Source: Oligoflexia bacterium (lineage in GTDB: Bacteria > Bdellovibrionota > Bdellovibrionia > JABDDW01). From it: DNA of 21,366 nt. Made by a program: the position numbers and the translations under genes. Below, piece by piece: positions 1 to 7,160 of this stretch. The stretch covers positions 1 to 21,366 of the forward strand of contig JAYTHU010000236.1 in NCBI GenBank assembly GCA_043732305.1, read 5' to 3'. Below the pieces are notes generated by a model. It saw only the letters and a program-made list of their open reading frames with translations, was not told the origin of the DNA and searched no databases. The stretch's first letter is position 1; each line of letters opens with the position of its first letter.

Positions 1-831
1 GTACGCGCTCAGTCCACAGACAAAAATGCATCGACCACGGTTGGTTCTACTTCTACGCCTAGCGCTTACAATTCAGCATCGGCAGATAAAACAAATCAGC
101 AAATGGCAGGAGTGGTGGGTTTGGGCACAGGTGCCGCATTGGCTTATTCGAGCTGTCCCAATTGGACAAGTGTGCCCTTGTGTGTGATTGGTATCGGTGA
201 AGCAGTCGAAAGCCTCATGACTCTCGCAAAATCTAGTTCCAATACTGATCCTTCGATCAGTGCATTGCAAACCCAATGCGTCACTAATCCCACAAGTTGC
301 GCGGGTGGAATTCCAACAGGTGGAGGAACCACTGCAACCCCTTCTATCGCAGCAACTCTAGCATCTCTTGCAAACACACCCTATGCTTCGGACGCAGCAG
401 CTCTTAAGAAAGCCGCTCAAGCAGCCGGAGTTAATCTCAACGATCCGGGAGCGCTTTCATCTTTTTTGGGAAATCCAGCTGCCACTGCTCCACTCTCAGA
501 TGCAGATCGAGCAATGATTGAAAAAGCTAAAAAAGATGCTTTCGCCAAAGCAAATAAGTACGGAGTCTCTTCCGTAGGATTTGAATCTGCTAGTGGTGGA
601 GGAGGAACAAAATCAGCCGGTATTGATAAAAACGGCGGAGCCATGGATTTTTCAGGAATTATGGATAAGCTCGATGGCAAAAAAGATAAATCATCTTTGA
701 ACGGCATGCAGCGAACTCTCGCGAGCGGCGAAGCCATTGGCGTGGCTACGGACAATATTTTTCAGATCGTTTCTCGCAGATACCAAAGTAAAATTCTTGC
801 CAAAACATTTTTGCCACCAACTAGACGTTAG
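1..831 (+). CDS. 5'-truncated hypothetical, probably secreted Ala/Gly/Ser-rich protein
   Basis: Frame 1 is open from base 1 (VRAQSTDKNAST...) through the track ORF 103..831, so the true start is probably upstream of the window. Gly-rich hydrophobic hairpin with a Cys pair (AGVVGLGTGAALAYSSCPNWTSVPLCVIGIG), low-complexity linkers, C-terminal IGVATDNIFQIVSRRY. Confidence 0.8.
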   Translation, partial: VRAQSTDKNASTTVGSTSTPSAYNSASADKTNQQMAGVVGLGTGAALAYSSCPNWTSVPLCVIGIGEAVESLMTLAKSSSNTDPSISALQTQCVTNPTSCAGGIPTGGGTTATPSIAATLASLANTPYASDAAALKKAAQAAGVNLNDPGALSSFLGNPAATAPLSDADRAMIEKAKKDAFAKANKYGVSSVGFESASGGGGTKSAGIDKNGGAMDFSGIMDKLDGKKDKSSLNGMQRTLASGEAIGVATDNIFQIVSRRYQSKILAKTFLPPTRR

Positions 832-836
832 TCTAT

Positions 837-864
837 TTCAGTTGGCGTTAATTGCTTCCGAAGA
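837..864 (+). promoter_or_regulatory. sigma28 (FliA)-like promoter, probably leaderless, for 872..1636
   Basis: TTCAG-N15-TCCGAAGA versus consensus TAAAG..GCCGATAA; ATG follows after 7 nt; no SD. Confidence 0.5.
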
Positions 865-871
865 TTAGAGC

Positions 872-1636
872 ATGAGCAGAGTCTACATTACTCTTTTAGC
901 TATAGCCTCACTTTGGATCGCGTCGATCGGCGCAGTCTTTTCCATAGCGGGTCTTACAAAACTTTTTGCGGGCGCCGCATTCTCAGTGGCGCTTATGGCT
1001 GCTGCTTTGGAATTTGCAAAATTAGTGACCGCTGGTTTTTTATACCGTTACTGGGGACACGTGAACAAGTTTATGCGTATTTACCTTTCTGGCGCAGTGG
1101 TGGCTCTTTCATTGATCACAAGCTTAGGAATTTTTGGCTACCTTTCAAATGCGTATCAAAAATCTTCGTTCAATTTGAAGTCAGAGGGAATGCGCAAAAC
1201 CAATTTGAACGACGAGAATGCTCGCATCGGTGAAGAAGTCAAACGCATTCAGACTTTGATTGCAGCCATTCCGGATTCACGAATCACTCGCCGATTAAAT
1301 CTCCAAGATTCATATGAACCTCGCATCCATGCACTTGAAAAACGTGCTGAAACTATTCACGGAGAGCTTGCCAATCTCAATGTGGAGATTGCAAAAACTC
1401 AAATCACTGTCGGGCCTTTGGTCTATGTTGCAGAGTTTTTTAATACGGACGTAGACACTGTTGCCAAAATGCTGATTTTACTTTTTGTTTCCATCTTTGA
1501 CCCATTGGCAATTTGCCTCGTCTTCGCGACCAATCTTGCCATTCGATTGCGCGAAAAGTATCGCGGCAACGAAAACCGCATTGCGTCGCTCTCATTCGTC
1601 ACCCCCGTCGACCATCGACACAAAAAATCCGCATAA
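872..1636 (+). CDS. Multi-pass membrane protein with central coiled coil (phage-like family, unknown function)
   Basis: 254 aa: about three N-terminal TM helices (...ALEFAKLVTAGFLYRYW...ITSLGIFGYLS), a heptad-rich middle, VGPLVYVAE and a C-terminal TM containing FDPLA. Confidence 0.85.
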   Translation: MSRVYITLLAIASLWIASIGAVFSIAGLTKLFAGAAFSVALMAAALEFAKLVTAGFLYRYWGHVNKFMRIYLSGAVVALSLITSLGIFGYLSNAYQKSSFNLKSEGMRKTNLNDENARIGEEVKRIQTLIAAIPDSRITRRLNLQDSYEPRIHALEKRAETIHGELANLNVEIAKTQITVGPLVYVAEFFNTDVDTVAKMLILLFVSIFDPLAICLVFATNLAIRLREKYRGNENRIASLSFVTPVDHRHKKSA

Positions 1637-1716
1637 GGTACGCCGTACCGTATCCGGAGCTGTATACGTTATAAGAACTTCTATATCTCCGCATATGGTA
1701 CGGCGTACCTTTTGTG
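1630..1716. repeat. Long imperfect palindrome made of two inverted REP-like units; may also act as terminator of 872..1636
   Basis: AAGGTACGCCGTACCGTATCCGGAG (1635-1659) matches the reverse complement of CTCCGCATATGGTACGGCGTACCTT (1687-1711) at 23/25. Each arm holds its own palindrome GGTACG-C/G-CGTACC. TTTT at 1710-1713. Confidence 0.85.
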
Positions 1717-1723
1717 TTATAAT
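1715..1723 (+). promoter_or_regulatory. Extended -10 sigma70 promoter of anmK (near-leaderless)
   Basis: TG-T-TATAAT is a perfect extended -10, 8 nt before ATG 1732; no SD. Confidence 0.7.
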
Positions 1724-1731
1724 TTTGCTAT

Positions 1732-2868
1732 ATGCATAAAATTAATTTGAAAAAGAAGCATTTGGTGTTGGGAATCATGTCCGGAACGAGTCTTGATGGG
1801 ATCGATTACGCGCTTTGTGAAATCTCTGCGAGTAAGATAGTTCTGAAAAAAATGTGGAGTCATAAATTCACGCCCGAACTTTATAAGAAAATATCCGCAG
1901 CGGCCAATGGCGATTTAAAAAGCTACGAGGTTGCTCAACTGCATCATGATCTCGGCAGGTACTACGCGGCAAAGGCCCCCAATGTGAAATGCGATTACGT
2001 GGGGCTTCATGGTCAGACAATTTTTCATAATCCTTCCAAGAAAAATCCCGCCACGTTCCAAATTGGTGAACCTAGTTACCTAGCTATGAAATTTAAGGTT
2101 CCCGTGATCAGCCAATTCAGAAATATGGATTTAGCAGTTGGTGGACAGGGCGCTCCACTCGCTACACTTTTCCATAAAAAAGTTTTTGGCCTGAAAAATA
2201 AAATCGTGGCGGTCAATAACATTGGTGGAATTAGCAATGTGACTTATTTGCCCAAACAAACGGACTCTAAAACGAAAGTCATGGCGTTTGATACCGGTCC
2301 TGGAAATATGCTCATTGATAAAGCCATGCAACATTTCAGTAAGAATAAAAAGTTCTACGATGAATCTGGAGATATGGCCGCTCGCGGGATTTCAAATCTT
2401 TACCTTGTGGAAAAATGGATCTCAGCGACCAAATACATTTCCGAAAAGCCACCTAAAAGCACGGGACGTGAACTTTTCGGAGAAAAATATTTCCAGAAAA
2501 TGTTGAACGATTGTAAGAACCGCGGTCTCAATCCTTTTGATACAATTGCCACCATCACGCTTTTCACCGTGGAAAGTATTGTCGAAAACTACCTGACTGT
2601 TTTTGATAAACGCATGCCGGATAGAATTGTCATTTGTGGTGGTGGTGCTAAAAACAACACGCTCATGGGAATGCTCAAGTTTAGAATGCGTTCCGTGCAA
2701 TCACAAATGGAAATTCTCACGTCCGATGAACTCGGTTGGCCTTCGCACAGTATTGAAGCGGCAGCTTTTGCGTTGTTGGCTTATCACACGATGAATGATG
2801 TGCCGGGAAATATTCCCGAAGCCACTGGGGCAAAACGTGCAGTTATCCTCGGTCAAGTGACTGTTTAA
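1732..2868 (+). CDS. anmK: Anhydro-N-acetylmuramic acid kinase
   Basis: Signature motifs GIMSGTSLDGID, HGQTIFH, DLAVGGQGAPL, NIGGISN, FDTGPGN, PPKSTGRELF, CGGGAKN, EAAAFA. Confidence 0.96.
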   Translation: MHKINLKKKHLVLGIMSGTSLDGIDYALCEISASKIVLKKMWSHKFTPELYKKISAAANGDLKSYEVAQLHHDLGRYYAAKAPNVKCDYVGLHGQTIFHNPSKKNPATFQIGEPSYLAMKFKVPVISQFRNMDLAVGGQGAPLATLFHKKVFGLKNKIVAVNNIGGISNVTYLPKQTDSKTKVMAFDTGPGNMLIDKAMQHFSKNKKFYDESGDMAARGISNLYLVEKWISATKYISEKPPKSTGRELFGEKYFQKMLNDCKNRGLNPFDTIATITLFTVESIVENYLTVFDKRMPDRIVICGGGAKNNTLMGMLKFRMRSVQSQMEILTSDELGWPSHSIEAAAFALLAYHTMNDVPGNIPEATGAKRAVILGQVTV

Positions 2869-2884
2869 TTTTAATTTGGAAAAA

Positions 2885-3895
2885 TTATAACAGCAGTGTG
2901 TTCGAGAGAGTTTGATTTGCACGAACAATGACATTTGGTCCAACGACGACGTTTTTGAGAGTAACATTTTTTTCTATGCGACAATTATTCCCAAAAACTG
3001 CAAATCCAGAAATTTGTGTGGACCCGTGAATTTTACAACCGTCACCCATTAATGTGAGATGACTTGCACCAAGTTCTAAAAGATGCTCGCAGTTTTCACC
3101 TTCCCAGAGATTTGGTCTGCGATCAAAGTTTTCCCAGAACCTTCTAAAGAAACTTAAGAAGAAAGGTTGGTGCTGAAGTTTTGGCAACAATTTCAAGATC
3201 TGTTCTGTTGCATGCAAGTAATCTTCCACGTTTCCACAGTCAAGCCAGATTCCGTTTTTTTCATACGCTAAAACCTTTTCACCGGTTTCTATAGCTTTCA
3301 TGTAAACGTCTTTGTTGATGTCACACGGGCCATCGGGAATATATTTAAAAACACTTTCTTCAATGAAATGCACTCCAACAAAATGCATTGGTTTACATGT
3401 CACGGAAGGTTTGGTTTTGCCGATGCTCACAACTTCATGTTTTTCATTAACCCAAACCGCGCCGTATTTTTTTCCAGCTTCGGGATGTTGCATGACAACC
3501 ATAGTGGCCATGGGTTGTTGCTCATGATGAAAATTCAAAACGTCTCGAAGTCCAAAAGCCGCGACAACATCCGTATTGGTCATCACAAAAGTGCCCCTAC
3601 CTTCAATTTTACTGCGAGCAAATTTGACGGCGCCGCCAGTACCTAAAATTTCATTCACTTCATCGCTGAAATAAATATCTGTTCCAGTCAATAGCGGTGG
3701 CGAAAAGATTTTCTTAACTGTTTCCGCAAGGTGATGCGTGTTAACCACAAGTTTCTCCAGTCCAACTTGTTGAATAAGATGCATATTGTAATAGGCCAAA
3801 GGCACATTCAAAAGAGGGATTGCCGGTTTAGCTAGCTCTGATGTGTAAGGTTTAAATCTAGTGCCTAATCCCGCAGCAAGAAGTAAACCGTTCAT
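2885..3895 (-). CDS. murU: Sugar-1-phosphate nucleotidyltransferase, probable MurNAc-alpha-1-P uridylyltransferase, with C-terminal hexapeptide repeats
   Basis: LLAAGLGTRFKP...KP, LGTGGA and WLDCG motifs. Start overlaps the amgK-like stop (ATGA); the amgK-murU pairing is established. Confidence 0.75.
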   Translation of the reverse strand: MNGLLLAAGLGTRFKPYTSELAKPAIPLLNVPLAYYNMHLIQQVGLEKLVVNTHHLAETVKKIFSPPLLTGTDIYFSDEVNEILGTGGAVKFARSKIEGRGTFVMTNTDVVAAFGLRDVLNFHHEQQPMATMVVMQHPEAGKKYGAVWVNEKHEVVSIGKTKPSVTCKPMHFVGVHFIEESVFKYIPDGPCDINKDVYMKAIETGEKVLAYEKNGIWLDCGNVEDYLHATEQILKLLPKLQHQPFFLSFFRRFWENFDRRPNLWEGENCEHLLELGASHLTLMGDGCKIHGSTQISGFAVFGNNCRIEKNVTLKNVVVGPNVIVRANQTLSNTLLL

Positions 3896-4923
3896 ATTTT
3901 AGAAATTTCTTTTTCAAAAACGCCGTTGTCGTTCAAAATTTTATTGAAGTCTTTAAACTCTTGAAACAAGAGTAAAGATTTTTTCACAGTTTTTAAAGTG
4001 CCAGGAAGATATTTTAAATATCGCTTGTCAGCCCGAGAATTATAAAAGCTCGCGAATGATCCGCAAGCTTTGAAGCATCGTTGAATAGTTTGCAGTTCAA
4101 AAATTAAATCGAAATGATCACGATCGACGTCAGGTTCACCGGCATCTTTTCTCAAGTCGAGATAATAATTCATCAACTTTCCTGAAACTTTTTCATCTAG
4201 CTCAACGTACGAATCTCTAAGCAAGCTCACAAGGTCATATTGAATTGCCCCAAGACGTGCGTCTTGAAAATCAATGATGCGCGCCTTGCCCGCTTTAATC
4301 ATAATGTTTCGAGAATGATAATCTCGATGTGCAATATACTTAGGTTCATGGCTGAGACGATCACAAATAGAGGTCATCTGTTTTTGAAGAATTTTAGCTT
4401 CAGTCTCGCTCAATTTAATATTAAATAGTCCTTCCAGCAAATGGTCGCGAGCGTAGTTCATTTCCCAAAGAAGTTTTTCGGTATCAAATTCAATCTTGAA
4501 TGCCACGCAATCATTCGTGCGATCTTTTGTGCAGGGATAGTGAATTTTAGCAAGTTCATCAATCGAAAGTTTGTAAAAATCCATAGCATGTTCGGGAACA
4601 AGGTTTTCCCAAAACTTTCGTTCAAGTGTTAAGTCTCCGAGATCTTCCAAAAGAATAAACCCTTCTTCTTTCGAAAAAGAAATCACCTTTGGAACTTGCA
4701 CACCATGTTTTTCAAAATGATGAAGAATATTTAAAAATGGATAGTGCGTGTCATCTTTAAAAGGTTCCCAAGACATCAAAACGTAGGACTGATCTCCGAC
4801 GTGCACCCGAAAATATTTTCGCGCTGATGCATCTCCCGCGAGTGGGAAAACATCTATGTGTGTTTTTCCAAATTCAGTCCTTAAAAAACTAGAGTAAAAG
4901 TCTACTTCAGAGAGTGGGGTCAT
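3892..4923 (-). CDS. amgK: Anomeric MurNAc/GlcNAc kinase (APH/phosphotransferase fold)
   Basis: LAGDASARKYFR, LLEDLGD, HRDYHSRNIM, IIDFQDARLG, YDLVSLLRDSY and QRCFKACGSF are typical AmgK motifs; adjacent to the murU-like gene. Confidence 0.88.
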   Translation of the reverse strand: MTPLSEVDFYSSFLRTEFGKTHIDVFPLAGDASARKYFRVHVGDQSYVLMSWEPFKDDTHYPFLNILHHFEKHGVQVPKVISFSKEEGFILLEDLGDLTLERKFWENLVPEHAMDFYKLSIDELAKIHYPCTKDRTNDCVAFKIEFDTEKLLWEMNYARDHLLEGLFNIKLSETEAKILQKQMTSICDRLSHEPKYIAHRDYHSRNIMIKAGKARIIDFQDARLGAIQYDLVSLLRDSYVELDEKVSGKLMNYYLDLRKDAGEPDVDRDHFDLIFELQTIQRCFKACGSFASFYNSRADKRYLKYLPGTLKTVKKSLLLFQEFKDFNKILNDNGVFEKEISKI

Positions 4924-5777
4924 TTCGTCTCACTGGCTTTTGATGGTTTCATTGGTTGCGATGGCCTTAGTGGTGCAATGTATTTCCTAATTTTATCAAA
5001 TTCCGGAGAATTAACAATGGGATTAGGGAGTCGAGGTAACTCCGCCACATGAGCATCGGCAAGCACGATTCGATCTGCGGTTGGAGGGTGAGTGGCAAGA
5101 AGTTGACTCAACCCACCTCTAGAAACACCTTGGCTTTTTTCAATCTCCAGAAGCTTTTTGAAAAAACTAGACAGAGCATTAGGGTCATAACCCGTGCGAT
5201 ACAAAATATCAATTCCAGTGCGATCCGCTTCCAGCTCAGCATTGCGGCCATATTTGAGAAGTCCTGCTTGTCCAAAAAGCATGACACCTAGACCAACGTA
5301 CTTTCCCGCATTTGCACCCGAAGCTTCGGCAGCAACAATGCCTGCCAGTTGCATCATCTGCGCGTCCGTCATTTTTTTAGTTCCATGGCGATGAATGACG
5401 TGACCAATTTCATGGCCTATGACACCGACAACTTCGGCCTCATTCTGCGCTTCTTTTAAAAGCGCTAGATTCACAAAAAGGTGACCGCCGGGAATAGCAA
5501 AAGCGTTCACTTCGCTAGAATCTACAATTTCAAAGGTGTAGTCAAAGTGAGGATCTTCAACCCCTTTGGAAATCATTTTTTTTCCAAGTGCATTGATATA
5601 TGCATCCAAAACGGGATCGTGCATCACCTTCATTTCTTTGTGCACTTCAGTCGAGTACTGGTTGCCCAATTCCGCTTCCTTGTCATAACTATAAATATTG
5701 AGCCCAGTACCAGAAGTAGAGCAGGCACTTAGGAATAAGACAGGGGTGGCGAATATTATGAGCAACAGGTTTTTCAT
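4920..5777 (-). CDS. M48 family zinc metalloprotease lipoprotein (LoiP/BepA-like, no TPR)
   Basis: Lipobox LSAC, VNAFAIPGG, HEIGH (HExxH), RNAELEAD, LATHP; ATGA overlap with amgK. Confidence 0.92.
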   Translation of the reverse strand: MKNLLLIIFATPVLFLSACSTSGTGLNIYSYDKEAELGNQYSTEVHKEMKVMHDPVLDAYINALGKKMISKGVEDPHFDYTFEIVDSSEVNAFAIPGGHLFVNLALLKEAQNEAEVVGVIGHEIGHVIHRHGTKKMTDAQMMQLAGIVAAEASGANAGKYVGLGVMLFGQAGLLKYGRNAELEADRTGIDILYRTGYDPNALSSFFKKLLEIEKSQGVSRGGLSQLLATHPPTADRIVLADAHVAELPRLPNPIVNSPEFDKIRKYIAPLRPSQPMKPSKASETK

Positions 5778-5783
5778 TTCTAG

Positions 5784-5792
5784 AGTTTATCA
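5784..5792 (-). promoter_or_regulatory. Extended -10 promoter, leaderless, for the M48-amgK-murU operon
   Basis: Minus strand reads TG-A-TAAACT-CTAGAA-ATG (6-nt spacer); no SD. Confidence 0.6.
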
Positions 5793-5804
5793 GAGATTAT
5801 GGAT

Positions 5805-6458
5805 TTATTTCAAGGGAGCAGAGACAAAAAGCAGCGCAGAACCTTGAATTTGAATTTTAGTGCCGATGCCGGTTTTGTTACTCACGCCGTGAGTTGGACT
5901 GGAAATTCTCTGGTTGATTGCAGGATAGAGCGCATTTTTGATTGTAACTTTGAATAGTTTTGGAGAAATTAGGCTAAACGGAACAGATTTTTTACTTTCA
6001 AGATGAAAGATTTCATTCTTCAAACCGGCAATCCATGATCTTTCATCCGCAAGAATCACTTGTCCTGGATATTTTAGCGCGAGCAAGATATTCGCAAAAA
6101 GATGATCGGACCTGCCCTCATGATCTTGATGTGAAGCTAAAATCAAGCATCGCGCCGATTTCTTTTTAGCTAAAACATATCTTAATGCGAATTCAAGATC
6201 GCTCAATGATTTATGACGAGGCAATATTTTTACGTCTGCGCAATTAGAAATTTTATCTTTACGATATAAAATATTTCTTGAAGTGGAGCTTAAAGAATCG
6301 GCATCTCCCACAAAATAATCCCAATCGATTGTGGCTTGGCGAGCGTAGTCCAGACCGCGATCGACAACTATGACTTGATCACAGAGTTTTCGCATTTTTC
6401 GACCAAAAGAAACGGGTGGAAATCTTCCACCCGCAATTACTAAAAATTCAAATTTCAT
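5805..6458 (-). CDS. thiN: Thiamine pyrophosphokinase (divergent)
   Basis: VVDRG, VGDADS, KSLSDLEFAL, GRSDHLFANI and C-terminal LYP...HGVSN follow the TPK motif order; 217 aa. Confidence 0.8.
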   Translation of the reverse strand: MKFEFLVIAGGRFPPVSFGRKMRKLCDQVIVVDRGLDYARQATIDWDYFVGDADSLSSTSRNILYRKDKISNCADVKILPRHKSLSDLEFALRYVLAKKKSARCLILASHQDHEGRSDHLFANILLALKYPGQVILADERSWIAGLKNEIFHLESKKSVPFSLISPKLFKVTIKNALYPAINQRISSPTHGVSNKTGIGTKIQIQGSALLFVSAPLK

Positions 6459-6481
6459 AAATATAACTTAGTTTCGGGATT

Positions 6482-6886
6482 TCAGTTGGCGGTCGCGAAA
6501 TTTTCAGTAGAGAGTCTTCTTATTGGAAGAACATTTGATGCGAGTTCATTTAATTCTGTGTGAGCCGACAGAGTTTTGGTCAAGAAAGAATTTTCTAAAA
6601 CGAGATCTATTGTTTCTTTGATTTGGGATATATCTACGCCACTGAGGTGGCTAATATCTGAAACTCTTAAAGCTCCAGCCAAACTGCCTTCAACGCGTAC
6701 TGGGATAAGCATATTATTGTTAGTGATGATCAGTGGAGCGCCAGCATTTCTGCGGACGGTTTCGTAAAAAATCACTTCTTGTGGTTGACGACTTTGTGCG
6801 GACACAAAGGCCACATTCGCATCGAATCGCTTAGAAATCATGTGATTCAATTTTTCTACAGCGTTCTGAAAATCAATTTTCGACAT
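6482..6886 (-). CDS. Small stand-alone GAF/PocR-like domain protein
   Basis: 134 aa; SD GAGG (6897-6900); LIPVRVEGSLAGAL beta-hairpin typical of GAF folds; resembles the N-terminus of 7161..8717. Confidence 0.8.
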   Translation of the reverse strand: MSKIDFQNAVEKLNHMISKRFDANVAFVSAQSRQPQEVIFYETVRRNAGAPLIITNNNMLIPVRVEGSLAGALRVSDISHLSGVDISQIKETIDLVLENSFLTKTLSAHTELNELASNVLPIRRLSTENFATAN

Positions 6887-6915
6887 TTTTATTTTTCCTC
6901 TTTCAGTTTAGCTTT

Positions 6916-6931
6916 AGCAACGTGTGTGCCA
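6916..6931 (-). promoter_or_regulatory. sigma54 (-24/-12) promoter
   Basis: Minus strand TGGCAC-ACACG-TTGCT with exact GG-N10-GC spacing, 29 nt upstream of ATG 6886, immediately downstream of a sigma54 activator gene. Confidence 0.85.
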
Positions 6932-7044
6932 CTGCTTCATCCAATGAAAGATCAGACAAGCTCGAAGCTGATTAGGTTAAAAGTAAATTTGGAGAAAAAT
7001 TTCGCCCACGGAAAATTTCGAATGAGTCGATTTTATTACACTGC

Positions 7045-7059
7045 TTGTAGAAATTACAA
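7045..7059. promoter_or_regulatory. Candidate upstream activating sequence for the sigma54 promoter
   Basis: Palindrome TTGTA-GAAAT-TACAA about 140-155 bp upstream of the predicted start site; partial half-sites flank it (ATTACA 7035-7040, TGT 7063). Confidence 0.45.
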
Positions 7060-7121
7060 CTCTGTGAAGATTTGAAGCTTCAATAACTTAGGAGGTTTTT
7101 TAGAGAGTAATGTTGGCATGG

Positions 7122-7153
7122 AAAAAAACACCCATCACTTTTGGTGACGGGTG
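7122..7153 (-). terminator. Intrinsic terminator of the sigma54 activator gene
   Basis: Minus strand CACCCGTCAC-CAAAA-GTGATGGGTG-TTTTTTT: 10-bp stem plus U7, 7 nt after the stop. Confidence 0.9.
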
Positions 7154-7160
7154 CATTCGA

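Noticed and set aside
1635..1711. CRISPR repeat or IS ends
   Set aside because: Only two copies, inverted rather than direct; no spacers, cas genes, transposase or clear target duplication.
3892..4923. Aminoglycoside-resistance phosphotransferase
   Set aside because: The fold is shared, but the GDAS.R.Y.R and DFQDA motifs plus murU/anmK context indicate AmgK.
7080..7090. IHF-like site TCAATAACTTA, and AAATTT tracts at 6985-7018
   Set aside because: The IHF match is partial and lies outside the UAS-promoter interval; the tracts are spaced 12 and 16 bp, not in helical phase.
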